Source: Anaerolineae bacterium
Lineage (GTDB): Bacteria > Chloroflexota > Anaerolineae > Epilineales > Epilineaceae
DNA: 55,340 bases
NCBI GenBank assembly: GCA_029262755.1
Contig: JAJCYU010000060.1
Coordinates: forward strand, 1-55,340
Direction: 5' to 3'
Shown here: piece after piece, positions 10,001 to 17,986 of the stretch
Numbering within the stretch: the first letter of the stretch is position 1
Layout of the letters: each line of letters opens with the position of its first letter
Notes under the pieces: model-generated
Told to the model about the DNA's origin: nothing
The model's input: the letters and a program-made list of their open reading frames with translations, nothing else
The model's database searches: none
Program-made: the position numbers and the translations under genes

Positions 10001-11103
10001 AGGCCGAGGAAGCCGTCCCCGACCACGCCGGGGTCGGCCGTCGTATCGACGATCAGCTCGGCGGTCGCATCGGGATCGGTCGTTGCCGTTGGCGTCGTGG
10101 TCGGCGTCGAGGTTCCGGTCGGCGTCGCGGTGCTCGAGGCCGTCGGGGTCGTCGTTGCCGTCGGCGGATCCGTCGGCGGCGGCGTGTTTGTGCCGGTCGA
10201 CGTCGGGCCGCTCGTGGGTGTCGTCGTCGGAGTGACCGGCGTCGGTACCGTCGTCGCCGTTCCCGTAGCGGTCGGCGACGGCGTGCCGGTCGGCAGCGGC
10301 GTGACGCCCGTTGGACCCTGGAAGCTGGCCGGCGTGGCCGTCGGAGTGGCGGGAACGCCGGTCGGTGTCAACGTGCCGGTCGGCTCGTTGCCGACATCGC
10401 GAACATACGGGAACATCACGACGAACACGCCCTGGTCCTGGGTGACCGTCACCCCCATCGAAAGTGGGTTGAGTGGAACGAAGCCCGACGGCGCGCTCGT
10501 CGCGCGCACCACCGTGTCCATGGCGTCCTGCAGGGCACAGCTGGGCTCGTCCACACCGTTGGTTGTGTATTGGCGGACGAGGAAGAACTGAAGGAGGTTG
10601 ATCCCGACGCCTCCGAGCAGCGGCTCGGTCCCGTCCACGGCACCGTCCTTGTCCAGATCCTCAAACGCGCCGACGCAGATCTCGATCCGCGTCACGGTCA
10701 GGTCGATCGTCCGGTCCTCGCCGGCGTCGAAGGTCTCGTTCTGGTCCGCGGGCACACCGTGCACACGAAACTCGAGGGGCGTTCCGTCTGCAACGCCCTC
10801 GACCGCAGGCGTATCTGGATCATCCGCGGCAACGTCGACCGCGTACACCCGTTCACCGTCCATCTCGATGACCGTCGTCGTAGCGACGATCTCTCCGCCG
10901 GCATGGATGCTCACCAACATGCCCAGGGGAGCGGGATTCCCGTAATAGGAGGCAAGGCCGCTATAGCGCGCCGGATCGGCAAGGCCGCCCGCCATACGCG
11001 CAGACGCACTATGCAACGACCCGCCGAACGCGATGGCACCCGCGCACAAGCAGGCAAGGATCATGCGCCGCGACCACGGCGTGGCTGGGTTTCGAGCGTC
11101 CAC
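7006..11103 (-). CDS. Large secreted protein: SdrD-B-like segment, beta-helix, cohesin-like module, TP/EP-rich linkers, C-terminal CBM_4_9-like jelly roll
   Basis: 1365-aa ORF with a GTG start at 11103 preceded by AGGAGG. Signal peptide: MILACLCAGAIAFGGSLHSASA. FEDLDKDGAVDGTEPLLGGVGINL is SdrD-B/Cna-B-like. Beta-helix rungs: NIAGVVLRGARVRRSFVLGNFIG, NVVSGNFLNGIAVLG, NVVSGNVGDGVWVQG. Cohesin-like module: LSIQPAISRLPMGAMATYDIVIRDVQDLFGLEIMLRYDPTRIQIV...GSGVVARFKIRARGPGVTRVDF. C-terminal region: CRRPLINPGFENDQGWTY...LDDTEVSFCP. Confidence 0.85.
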   Translation of the reverse strand: MDARNPATPWSRRMILACLCAGAIAFGGSLHSASARMAGGLADPARYSGLASYYGNPAPLGMLVSIHAGGEIVATTTVIEMDGERVYAVDVAADDPDTPAVEGVADGTPLEFRVHGVPADQNETFDAGEDRTIDLTVTRIEICVGAFEDLDKDGAVDGTEPLLGGVGINLLQFFLVRQYTTNGVDEPSCALQDAMDTVVRATSAPSGFVPLNPLSMGVTVTQDQGVFVVMFPYVRDVGNEPTGTLTPTGVPATPTATPASFQGPTGVTPLPTGTPSPTATGTATTVPTPVTPTTTPTSGPTSTGTNTPPPTDPPTATTTPTASSTATPTGTSTPTTTPTATTDPDATAELIVDTTADPGVVGDGFLGLREAIRLATGDLDPSGLSAEELNNIVGSPGAASSDTILFDPLVFPLKAPGTISVQPPVPTPGPSPTPLPPAQMLPSEPNPGLPPLSTGGDLIDATGRGVIVSAGLGMEMFDGLVLNSNGNVLRGLEMRAFDSAVVISGEAEGNAVGGDMPGQGLVLADNIAGVVLRGARVRRSFVLGNFIGVERDGSTPAGNATYGILLLDGTTSNQIGAAGAGNVVSGNFLNGIAVLGAGTRDNILQANLVGTNSAGNAAVGNGIGIVVGAGAQGTIVGGLGFGANVVSGNVGDGVWVQGSGTAFTLVQANTIGLTSDRAGMLGNGGNGVLISDGAHDNFVGGTDGRAANWISYNMDAGVKVNGAGTDGNTIRRNRITRNMGLGIDLMGGANSAIPAPIITEVDPGFFLIAGMATPNSLIDIYSDDGDEGATFEFTTRADGAGNFRVARAFAGPILSVTATGADGSTSEFGQLPGEPTPTVPTPTPGTPTPATPTPRATLDPNDVVGRLYLPFISQEATLFAQLSIQPAISRLPMGAMATYDIVIRDVQDLFGLEIMLRYDPTRIQIVDADPAAPGVQLEPGDFPEPARRFVAENRVDEAAGIMTYAFTLIEGDAVNGSGVVARFKIRARGPGVTRVDFEDKMLLDPQARPLPVGVRGARINVLAPPTGEPASPTPVTPTATNTPVTPTATNTPVPPTATRTPTPRPTDLPTPTLVPSATPTATSTPVPSATPTITPTPEPTNTPMPGETPPTATITPTPEPSATPEPTETPEPSATPEPSETPTASPEPTNTLEPSATPEASETPIPSETPVPSETPEPSETPLPSATPRPGETAVPTPDGCRRPLINPGFENDQGWTYRGQRSPRTTSAMAHSGLRSLVLGILSDEPNRLAYSTLWQPVRVPSDATTMQVSAWTFQEAQPGGGADRQLMLVYDVDPASNIDGQRAPLASVFAERSDAKAWQRRVRNLDVSAYRNQTLWIYATVVNDGLGGRAWMFLDDTEVSFCP
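7540..8011 (-). repeat. Degenerate in-frame tandem repeats encoding Pro/Thr/Glu linker of CDS 7006..11103
   Basis: About a dozen imperfect 18-nt units (ggctcgggcgtctcgctt / gggacgggcgtttcgctt / gggatcggcgtctcggat ...) encode (E/T)PS(E/A)TP on the minus strand. A 27-nt unit also occurs twice (7958-7984 gtcgccgtcggcgtgacgggcgtgttc; 7985-8011 gtggccgtcggcgtgacgggcgtcggc), encoding TPVTPTATN. Confidence 0.7.
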
Positions 11104-11135
11104 GGGCTGCCTCCTGAGGGTTACGTACAGGCGAC

Positions 11136-11163
11136 AGTGTAGCGCCTCTTAATGTATTTGTCA
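11136..11163 (-). promoter_or_regulatory. Candidate sigma70-type promoter for CDS 7006..11103
   Basis: On the minus strand: TGACAA (11163-11158), 16 nt spacer, TACACT (11141-11136). It lies ~25 nt upstream of the AGGAGG/GTG start, inside a locally A+T-richer divergent spacer. Motif match only. Confidence 0.35.
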
Positions 11164-11215
11164 CCTCCCGATTTGAACATCTCTCCCCCAAATGCTGAGA
11201 TCCTCGCTTGGCGTC

Positions 11216-11245
11216 TTGACGGGGCCCCTAAGCGGCCCATACAAT
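11216..11245 (+). promoter_or_regulatory. Candidate sigma70-type promoter for CDS 11319..12587
   Basis: TTGACG (11216-11221), 18 nt spacer, TACAAT (11240-11245), ~75 nt upstream of the GTG start. Motif match only. Confidence 0.45.
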
Positions 11246-11318
11246 CCGCTGCGACCCCCGCTCGACCTTAACCCTTGGCGGCGCGCTTCTGGCTCCCCGT
11301 CCTCCGGGGGGATTTGCT

Positions 11319-12587
11319 GTGCTCATTCGCCGGACCCTAGGACCATCGCGAAATGCACCGTGCGCTGTATCGCGCGCGGCACTATCCCTGTGCATTTTCG
11401 TCTTGATGAGCAGTGTGGCGGTCGGATTTGCCGCATGGAGCATTGCTCCCGCGGGCGTAGCCGCACAAGGGTTGCCGGACAGGTCTCCGCTCAGCGACTG
11501 CGTCGTGCGCGGGCAGACCGACGTCAGCCGACGGCTCATCGCGTTGCCGCAAGATGGCAGTGTGGGGGATCCCGTGCAGGCGGTCGTCACCTTGCGCACG
11601 AGCTGCCGCGCGCCGGTCCAGCCCGCTCATATCGTGCTAGTCCTCGATCGCGCGGTGGTGGCTGAAGAGCGGACCGGCCCGGCGGTCGCGTCGTTGCGGT
11701 CCATCGCGCAGGCAATCCGCAGCGAAGACCGCACGTACGCGCGGATGGCACTTGTCGATTATGACAAGCTCGCACGCGAGCATTGCAAGTTAACGAACGA
11801 TCCGGTCGCACTGAACGACTGCCTGACGGAGCGTGCCGCCGCCGGCGTGCGGGGCACCGTCGCGGGGCTGAACGCGGCCGTTGCGCAAGCGATGACCACC
11901 ACGCGCAACGCGCGTGTCATACGCTACCCGCCCCACCACAACGGTGTCGACGCCCTCGACGAGTCGATCGTCGTGTTGGCCGACGAACCAGGCGAGCCCT
12001 GCCCGATCGCGCGCGAATTGGTCGAGGCCGCCCGCGCGGAAGGCGTCGATGTGGACGTCTTGTGCGATCGCGGAGATTGCTTCGAGCCCCATGGCTGCTT
12101 GGCTTCGCTTGCCCTCCCGAATGCCCTACACGGCGGGAGAGACGCGGACTGGCAACAGGTCGAGGGTTGGATCAACTCACGCATCCGGTCGGCAGAGCTA
12201 CGGGTCCATGCGGTCTCCATCTTGGAGTGGGTGCACCCGGCCCTCGACGTCATCGCAAGCACCTTGGATGCGTCCGCGGTTTCCTTTGTACCGGCCGACA
12301 ACCAATTGCAGTGGACCTTCCGCGACATCGGGGCGCGCACTCGATACTCGTATGCGTTCCGCGCCACGCGTCCCGGTTTGATTGCATTGCGACGGGACGG
12401 TTGGCTCCCGTACCGCGCATCGTATCGCGACACGCGCGGCCGCACGGGCAGCGTCTCGTTGGGCAACCCATCGATCTCCGTGATCGATCATGCGCCGTTC
12501 CGGGCATTGATACCGCTTGGCTGGCGACCTGACACACGCTCCGGCTTCCGGCCGTTGCTCAGCCCCCGACCCGTAGGCGCGCCGTAG
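11319..12587 (+). CDS. Secreted VWA-like protein with degenerate MIDAS (half-length paralog of the tandem-VWA family)
   Basis: 422-aa ORF with a GTG start and GGGGGGA 7 nt upstream. Signal anchor: LSLCIFVLMSSVAVGFAAWSIAPAGVAAQG. It has the same module order as the first half of the tandem-VWA paralogs (AVVTLRTSC, then HIVLVLDR..., later NQLQWTFRDIG...YSYAFRATRPG). The DxSxS metal site reads DRAVV. Confidence 0.75.
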   Translation: MLIRRTLGPSRNAPCAVSRAALSLCIFVLMSSVAVGFAAWSIAPAGVAAQGLPDRSPLSDCVVRGQTDVSRRLIALPQDGSVGDPVQAVVTLRTSCRAPVQPAHIVLVLDRAVVAEERTGPAVASLRSIAQAIRSEDRTYARMALVDYDKLAREHCKLTNDPVALNDCLTERAAAGVRGTVAGLNAAVAQAMTTTRNARVIRYPPHHNGVDALDESIVVLADEPGEPCPIARELVEAARAEGVDVDVLCDRGDCFEPHGCLASLALPNALHGGRDADWQQVEGWINSRIRSAELRVHAVSILEWVHPALDVIASTLDASAVSFVPADNQLQWTFRDIGARTRYSYAFRATRPGLIALRRDGWLPYRASYRDTRGRTGSVSLGNPSISVIDHAPFRALIPLGWRPDTRSGFRPLLSPRPVGAP

Positions 12588-12646
12588 GATGCCCGTAGCT
12601 CCGGCGTCGGTTGCGGTTCCCTAAACAATCTGATAACCTCCCTCCG

Positions 12647-15600
12647 ATGCGCAACGTCGTCGTGACCCTCCCCCCTACACGACGCGGCCGCGCTCGGTGG
12701 GCCCTGCCGATTCTGTTGGGCGCATCGCTGGCCGCCGTGCTCGTGCTGCACCCCGATTCGACCCCGGTGGCGCTGCCGTCCCAAGACGCGGGACCGGCGG
12801 ACTACACCCTGATCGATTCGTGGTCGCTGCCCCGTCCGCCTGCCGCGCCAATCGATGTGGCGCTGCTGCCGGGCGGGCGGCTTTACGTTGCCGACGGACG
12901 GCGCCACGCGGTCCTGCTCTACGACGCTTCGGGTCGCGAGCGCGGAATGTGGGACCATCCGCCGCTGCCCCGTGTAACCAGCCACGCGTTCGTTCCGGTG
13001 GCCGTGGTCGGCGACCCCGATCGCGACCGCGTGCATGTTCTGTGGCAGCGAAACCTGATTAGCCCCAAGTTCACGGCGGACGGTCTCTTTCTTGACAGCC
13101 GCACGGCAGGCGGGGTGCCCGTGGGCAACCTGCGCTGGATCGGCGGCGTGCCCCCGGAGCTGCGAGACGCAGCGCTCCATCGCCCCAGTGGTGATCTCTG
13201 GCTGCTGTCGGATGGACGCGCTTTCCGATTGCGGGTCGATGTGGGCGCGGTCGAATCGGTTCGCGCACTTGCACCGGAAGATGCCGGCGCTACCGCGTTG
13301 GCCGTCGCGGACGACGAACGGCTGCTGGTGACACGGCCCGGGCAGCATGCCCTTGGCGTGTACGGGCCCGAGGAAGGCCTGATCACGATCCCGATGCAGG
13401 CTGGGGCCCCCGTTGCAGCGAGCTACCAAGCCGGCGAAGGTTGGCTCGTGCTCGTGCGCGCAGACAACGCGGAGGATCCACGGGCCCCGCTCGTCGTGGC
13501 GGTCGGAGAAGACGGACAGACCGTGACCCGCGCCGCGGCGTCGCTCCAAGCGCCGCCCCTCCCCGGTTTGGCCTGGCCGTGGGCGATCGACGCCACCTAC
13601 GACGGCTACGCGTTCAGCACCGCGTCGCGCCGGTTGCGAGTGCAGGTCGAGCCGGCCATCGGCCGACGTCCGCCCGCCCTGGTCGGAGACCGTGCCGCCG
13701 CCGCGTGGGCCGCGCGCCCCGCCGAAGCAAGAACGGGCGAGACATTGATGATCGCCTCGCATCCGGACGGCGGCCTCGTGGTGCTGGATGGCGCAGAACA
13801 ACGCGTGCTGCGCGTTACGCAGGACGGCACGCGAGCGCTGCTGGCCGGCATCGGGCCGGGCGCGCGTGACGTGACGGTGGACCCGAACGGCACGGTCTAT
13901 GTTTCGACCCGCGCCGGCCTGCTGGAACGCCTTGCCCCGGGCGATGTCGTGACCCCGACGTGGTCAAGCGCTTGCGCGTGCGTCCTCGGTGGACGCGTGG
14001 CCTCCGGACCCGGTGTTGTCTACGTCTCCCGATCGGGCGAACGCAAGGTGGCGGCCTTCGATCCCGTGACCGGTGCGCGCGTGCGCGATATCGCGCTCGG
14101 CGAAGGCGTCGGCCTCTGGCCGAGCGACGTCGCCGTTGCAGGCGGAACCCTGTACACGGCGGACCTGGTCACCGCGCGCATCCAAGGGTGGACGCAGCCC
14201 TCTATGCCGGACGTAGCGTGGCAAGCCGGCTTGCTGTCCGGCCCGCGACGCCTGGCGGCGGGGCACGGCCCGAATGGATCCCGCGTGCTTGCCGCGGCCA
14301 TGGCGGACGGGCACGTCGAGCTCCACGACTTGGATCGCGGCAACCTGATTACACGCTGGCAACCGCGCTTGCTCGACGAATCCACGGTGCATCCGGCCGA
14401 TATTGCGCTGGATGACGACGGCCTTGTGTATGTCGCCGATCCGGGATCGCGCGCCATTCACCTCTTCGGACCCGCCGCCGGCGTACCCGTCACACCCAAT
14501 CCGCGGCCAAGCCCCTCGCCGACGCCGTCGGCCGACAGCTGTCGCATCGTGGGCAACCAGGTCGTCTCGCCGTCGACCGTCGTACTGGGTTCCGATGCAA
14601 GCGCCGAGGTGACGCTGTCGTTACGTGCGCGATGCCCGCAGAGCGCACGTGTGGTCGGCGCCGACATCGTCCTGGTCCTGGATCGTTCCCTCTCCATGCG
14701 CGGGGCGCCCATCGTCGCCGCACGGGAGGCCGCGGGGGCATTCGCCGAGTTGTTGGACGTTCGCCACCACCGCCTCGGCCTCGTCTCCTTTTCCGATTCG
14801 TCGCGCCTCGACGTGCCGCTTACCGACCGTGTTGCCGCGATCATTACGGCCCTGGATGGCTTGGAGCCCGAAGGCCAAACCAACATCGGATCAGCGTTGG
14901 AACGGGCGCGGGAAGCGCTCGAGGCCGGCGGCCGCGACGAAGCCTTGCCCGTCATCGTGCTGCTCACCGACGGCGAGCACAATGTCGGCAGCCTCGATCC
15001 CGTGCTCGTCGCCGACGCCGCACGATCTTGGGGGGCGCAGATCTATGCGGTAGGACTCGGCGACGGCGTGGAGCGCTCCGCGCTACAACGCCTGGCCGGT
15101 CACCCGGATCACGTCTTCCTTGCGCCGTCGCCGGATGAGTTGTTCCCGATCTACCGCGAGATCCTGCGGGTCGTGCTGGAGAGCCTCGCCGGCAACTTCA
15201 TCATCACCGACGATCTGCCGACCGAGTGGGAGTACGTCACCGACTCCGCGGCCCCGCCGGCACTCGAACAAGCCGGACGGCTGCGCTGGGGACGCTCTAT
15301 CCTGCCGTCGACCGGGATCACGCTGACCTTGCGCCTCCGTCCGCGAACCGTCGGATGCGTGCCGGTCAGCCGCCATTCGGAGGCGTCCTACACCGATGCA
15401 GACGGATCGCGCCGGGTCTTCAGCTTCCCGATTCCCACCGTGTGTGCCGTGCAGCCGACCGCCACACCAACGGCGGAGCCGACGCCCACGCCCCGCCCGA
15501 TCTACGTGCCCGTCGTCATGCGCGACCACTGCGTGCCCCGGCTCGGGGGCGCGGACATCGTGTTGCTGATCGATACTTCCAGCAGCATGTCGGGCGACAA

Positions 15601-16078
15601 GATCCGGCAGGCACGCGGCGCAGCACGGGCATTCTTGGATCAGCTGGATCTGGAGCGCGACCAGGCGGCCGTGGTCGGCTTCAGCACGGAAGCCCGCATA
15701 GCCGCCCCCCTTACACGTGACGCCCGCCTGCTGCGCGTCGCGGTCGATGGCCTGCGTACGGAGAGCGGTACGCGCATCGACGCGGCGATGTGGGCTGCGG
15801 TGAGCTTGCTCGGCGGCTCGGGTCGCGATCCGAAGAACCGTCCGGCCATCGTGCTATTGTCGGACGGCGCGCATGCCGGGCCGAGCGGCGCCGTGCTCAT
15901 CGCGGCCGGCGAGGCCCGCCGGCTCGGCGCGCGCATCTACACCATCGCGCTCGGCGCGGATGCGGACCGGGATCTGCTCGCGACCATCGCGGACCAAGGC
16001 CGGGCGTACGTGGCGGCCGAGGGCGGCGAGTTGGGCGCCATTTACACGGAGCTGGCCACCGTCATCCCCTGTCCATGA
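12647..16078 (+). CDS. Secreted NHL-like beta-propeller + tandem VWA protein
   Basis: 1143 aa from ATG 12647. The track start TTG 12611 is also possible; neither has a clear SD. Signal anchor: RARWALPILLGASLAAVLVL. NHL-like blades: LYVADGRRHAVLLYDASGRERGMW, VYVADPGSRAIHLFGP. VWA 1 has an intact MIDAS (VLVLDRSLSM ... LTDGEHN). DUF11-like strands: IITDDLPTEWEYVTDS...GRLRWGRSILPSTGITLTLRLRP. A PT linker and IYVPVVMRDHC precede VWA 2 (LLIDTSSSM ... LLSDGAH). The protein ends ...VIPCP. Confidence 0.85.
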   Translation: MRNVVVTLPPTRRGRARWALPILLGASLAAVLVLHPDSTPVALPSQDAGPADYTLIDSWSLPRPPAAPIDVALLPGGRLYVADGRRHAVLLYDASGRERGMWDHPPLPRVTSHAFVPVAVVGDPDRDRVHVLWQRNLISPKFTADGLFLDSRTAGGVPVGNLRWIGGVPPELRDAALHRPSGDLWLLSDGRAFRLRVDVGAVESVRALAPEDAGATALAVADDERLLVTRPGQHALGVYGPEEGLITIPMQAGAPVAASYQAGEGWLVLVRADNAEDPRAPLVVAVGEDGQTVTRAAASLQAPPLPGLAWPWAIDATYDGYAFSTASRRLRVQVEPAIGRRPPALVGDRAAAAWAARPAEARTGETLMIASHPDGGLVVLDGAEQRVLRVTQDGTRALLAGIGPGARDVTVDPNGTVYVSTRAGLLERLAPGDVVTPTWSSACACVLGGRVASGPGVVYVSRSGERKVAAFDPVTGARVRDIALGEGVGLWPSDVAVAGGTLYTADLVTARIQGWTQPSMPDVAWQAGLLSGPRRLAAGHGPNGSRVLAAAMADGHVELHDLDRGNLITRWQPRLLDESTVHPADIALDDDGLVYVADPGSRAIHLFGPAAGVPVTPNPRPSPSPTPSADSCRIVGNQVVSPSTVVLGSDASAEVTLSLRARCPQSARVVGADIVLVLDRSLSMRGAPIVAAREAAGAFAELLDVRHHRLGLVSFSDSSRLDVPLTDRVAAIITALDGLEPEGQTNIGSALERAREALEAGGRDEALPVIVLLTDGEHNVGSLDPVLVADAARSWGAQIYAVGLGDGVERSALQRLAGHPDHVFLAPSPDELFPIYREILRVVLESLAGNFIITDDLPTEWEYVTDSAAPPALEQAGRLRWGRSILPSTGITLTLRLRPRTVGCVPVSRHSEASYTDADGSRRVFSFPIPTVCAVQPTATPTAEPTPTPRPIYVPVVMRDHCVPRLGGADIVLLIDTSSSMSGDKIRQARGAARAFLDQLDLERDQAAVVGFSTEARIAAPLTRDARLLRVAVDGLRTESGTRIDAAMWAAVSLLGGSGRDPKNRPAIVLLSDGAHAGPSGAVLIAAGEARRLGARIYTIALGADADRDLLATIADQGRAYVAAEGGELGAIYTELATVIPCP

Positions 16079-16241
16079 CACGGGCACGCGGCTGGCGCCG
16101 CGGGGACGGCTCGTTACCACGTCGAGCTTCGCGAAGACCTGAGACCCATTGAGGACACGGGAACGCGGCCGGCGCGTGGGGTACAGCTCGTAACCGCGGC
16201 GATTGTCGCGGAGGCATAGAGCGGCAACTTGGGCGGTAGTG

Positions 16242-16274
16242 GCCTGCCGCCGGCGCGCGGCAGGCTGTATTCTT
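16242..16274 (+). terminator. Candidate intrinsic terminator downstream of 12647..16078
   Basis: GCCTGCCGC-cggcgc-GCGGCAGGC forms a 9-bp G+C stem followed by TGTATTCTT. It lies 164 nt after the stop at 16078 and just upstream of ATG 16281. Confidence 0.4.
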
Positions 16275-16280
16275 GGCGGT

Positions 16281-17054
16281 ATGCGCGATTACTTCGAGCG
16301 GTCCCGGCACCCTAGCTACGGCATTCTGCTCGCGATTCCCCTTCTCTTGCTCTACGAGCTCGGCGCCGCCGTGATGAATCGCGGCGGGAGTTTCGCTGTG
16401 CGCAACGGGGCCGATGTCGCGGTGCGCCGGCTGCTGGCCGCCATCGGAATTCAGTCGACGCTCGCGGTCTCTGCGGCGCTCATCGGCATCGGTGTGCTCG
16501 TGGTCGTGCGTGAACAGCGGCGTGATCCGGTCCGCCTCGAGCTACGCATCTTCGCGTGGATGATGGCGGAAGCCGCCGGCCTGGCGCTTCTCTTCGGCAC
16601 GGTCGTCAGCGGCCTGACGGGAGCCATGCTCAACCGGCTTCCCCTGGGCCTGGATATGCTACCGGTAACGGACGGCAGCAGCGCGCTGTTGGCCTTGGCC
16701 GCACAGGCGCAACTGAGCATCGGGCGTACGCTGGTGCTCAGCCTGGGCGCCGGTCTATATGAAGAGCTGGTCTTTCGCGTCGCGCTCGTGCCCATCCTTG
16801 CCGGCCTGCTGATCGCGACGGGGCGCGTGCAGCGCAACACAGCATGGGGGATGGCCGTCGCGCTCGGTTCGTTGCTCTTCAGCGCCGCGCACTACGTTGG
16901 CCCGTTCGGCGATCCGCTCGCCCTGGGTAGCTTCTTGTTCCGCTTTCTGGCCGGCGTCTTCTTCTGCCTGATCCTGGTAGCGCGCGGTTTCGGCATCGTG
17001 ACGTGGACGCATGCCTTGTACGACGTGTTTCTCGCGCTAGGCCCGGGCGGTTGA
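16281..17054 (+). CDS. CPBP (CAAX protease / Abi) family intramembrane glutamic endopeptidase
   Basis: ATG 16281; the track start 16203 extends across the hairpin. Multi-pass membrane protein with the three CPBP motifs: LYEELVFRVAL (EExxxR), FSAAHY (FxxxH) and THALYD (HxxxD/N). Confidence 0.8.
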   Translation: MRDYFERSRHPSYGILLAIPLLLLYELGAAVMNRGGSFAVRNGADVAVRRLLAAIGIQSTLAVSAALIGIGVLVVVREQRRDPVRLELRIFAWMMAEAAGLALLFGTVVSGLTGAMLNRLPLGLDMLPVTDGSSALLALAAQAQLSIGRTLVLSLGAGLYEELVFRVALVPILAGLLIATGRVQRNTAWGMAVALGSLLFSAAHYVGPFGDPLALGSFLFRFLAGVFFCLILVARGFGIVTWTHALYDVFLALGPGG

Positions 17055-17125
17055 TTCGCCCTTTCAGCTAATAGTGGGGGTACGGGGAACTAGTCGGATC
17101 ACAAGATCGGCCATCACGAGAGCGC

Positions 17126-17986
17126 TCACACTTCGTCTCGCGGTCGCCCGATCGATGCCCCCAACCAGGCTCCGAGCACCGCGAGCCCCATGAGCAACAG
17201 CGCCCAACCTGCGAGGGCGCGAGGGTGACGTAACACGTCCTCCCAACCAGTGCCAAGCGGCGCGAGCGGCAGCCCTTCTTCGCCGTCCACGCCGAGTGGG
17301 GACAGGGCGCCTGAGGCTCCGGTCTCCAGCGACGGCAGGACATCCAGCTCGATGCACTGCTCCACCGTGGCCGCGCGCGAAATCAAGAGCACGCATGCCC
17401 GCTCGTCCGCCGTGGCGACGTCAGGCACCGTCACGAGGCGCAGGCCGGCGGTACCGCCCGGTTCCAGGCGCGCGATACGCCAGCGCACGAGCGATCCCGC
17501 GCGGGCCGTCTCGCCCGCAGACACGCTGATGTCGCCCCGTTGCATGGTTCGCGGCAGCTCGACATCCACGATCAGCTCGACCAAGGGCACGGCGTCCAGA
17601 CCGAGGAGATCGACGTGCAGGACGGCTTCCTCGCCGACCCGCCACGGCTCCGGCTCGGTGAGGATGGTCGCTCGGATCGCGCCCGCCGGCAGCGGGGTCT
17701 CCGTCGGGAGCGCCGTCGCGCGCGGCGTGCGGGTGGGCCGGCGGGGACGTGTGGGAGCCGGCGGCGGCGTCGCGCTTTCTTCCCCTTCTTGCGCGAACGT
17801 CGTGGCCGCAGGGAACATGCCGCTTCCCGCGCTCCATACCACGGCCATGATCACGATCACGGCAAGCGGCAAGGCACGGCGCAGAAGGAGGTTGCGGATG
17901 GGGGGCTGAGACAAGTCTTGGAACACGGCGCGCATGGTAGGAGGTGGCAAAGGAGGGGTCAAGAGAACGTCGACGGGGTCTTGCAT
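17126..17986 (-). CDS. Hypothetical bitopic membrane protein with one DUF11-like beta-sandwich
   Basis: 286-aa ORF. N-terminal TM: ALPLAVIVIMAVVWSAG. A P/T/R-rich linker precedes a sandwich-like segment (RVGEEAVLHVDLLG...GSLVRWRIARLEPGGTAGLRLVTV). C-terminal TM plus charged tail: LAGWALLLMGLAVLGAWLGASIGRPRDEV. The start is uncertain (M1 or M18) and there is no SD at either. Confidence 0.6.
   Translation of the reverse strand: MQDPVDVLLTPPLPPPTMRAVFQDLSQPPIRNLLLRRALPLAVIVIMAVVWSAGSGMFPAATTFAQEGEESATPPPAPTRPRRPTRTPRATALPTETPLPAGAIRATILTEPEPWRVGEEAVLHVDLLGLDAVPLVELIVDVELPRTMQRGDISVSAGETARAGSLVRWRIARLEPGGTAGLRLVTVPDVATADERACVLLISRAATVEQCIELDVLPSLETGASGALSPLGVDGEEGLPLAPLGTGWEDVLRHPRALAGWALLLMGLAVLGAWLGASIGRPRDEV

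Noticed and set aside
10600-10700. DLDKDGAVDGTE in the 1365-aa protein as a dockerin partner for the cohesin-like module.
   Set aside because: It is a single Ca-loop-like segment embedded in an SdrD-B/Cna-B-like pattern (…GTEPLLGGVGINL), not the duplicated 22-residue dockerin repeat.
17318-17340. LPSLETG in the bitopic membrane protein as a sortase LPXTG sorting signal.
   Set aside because: The sequence is LPSLETG, not LPxTG. It also lies ~35 residues upstream of the C-terminal TM helix instead of directly before it.
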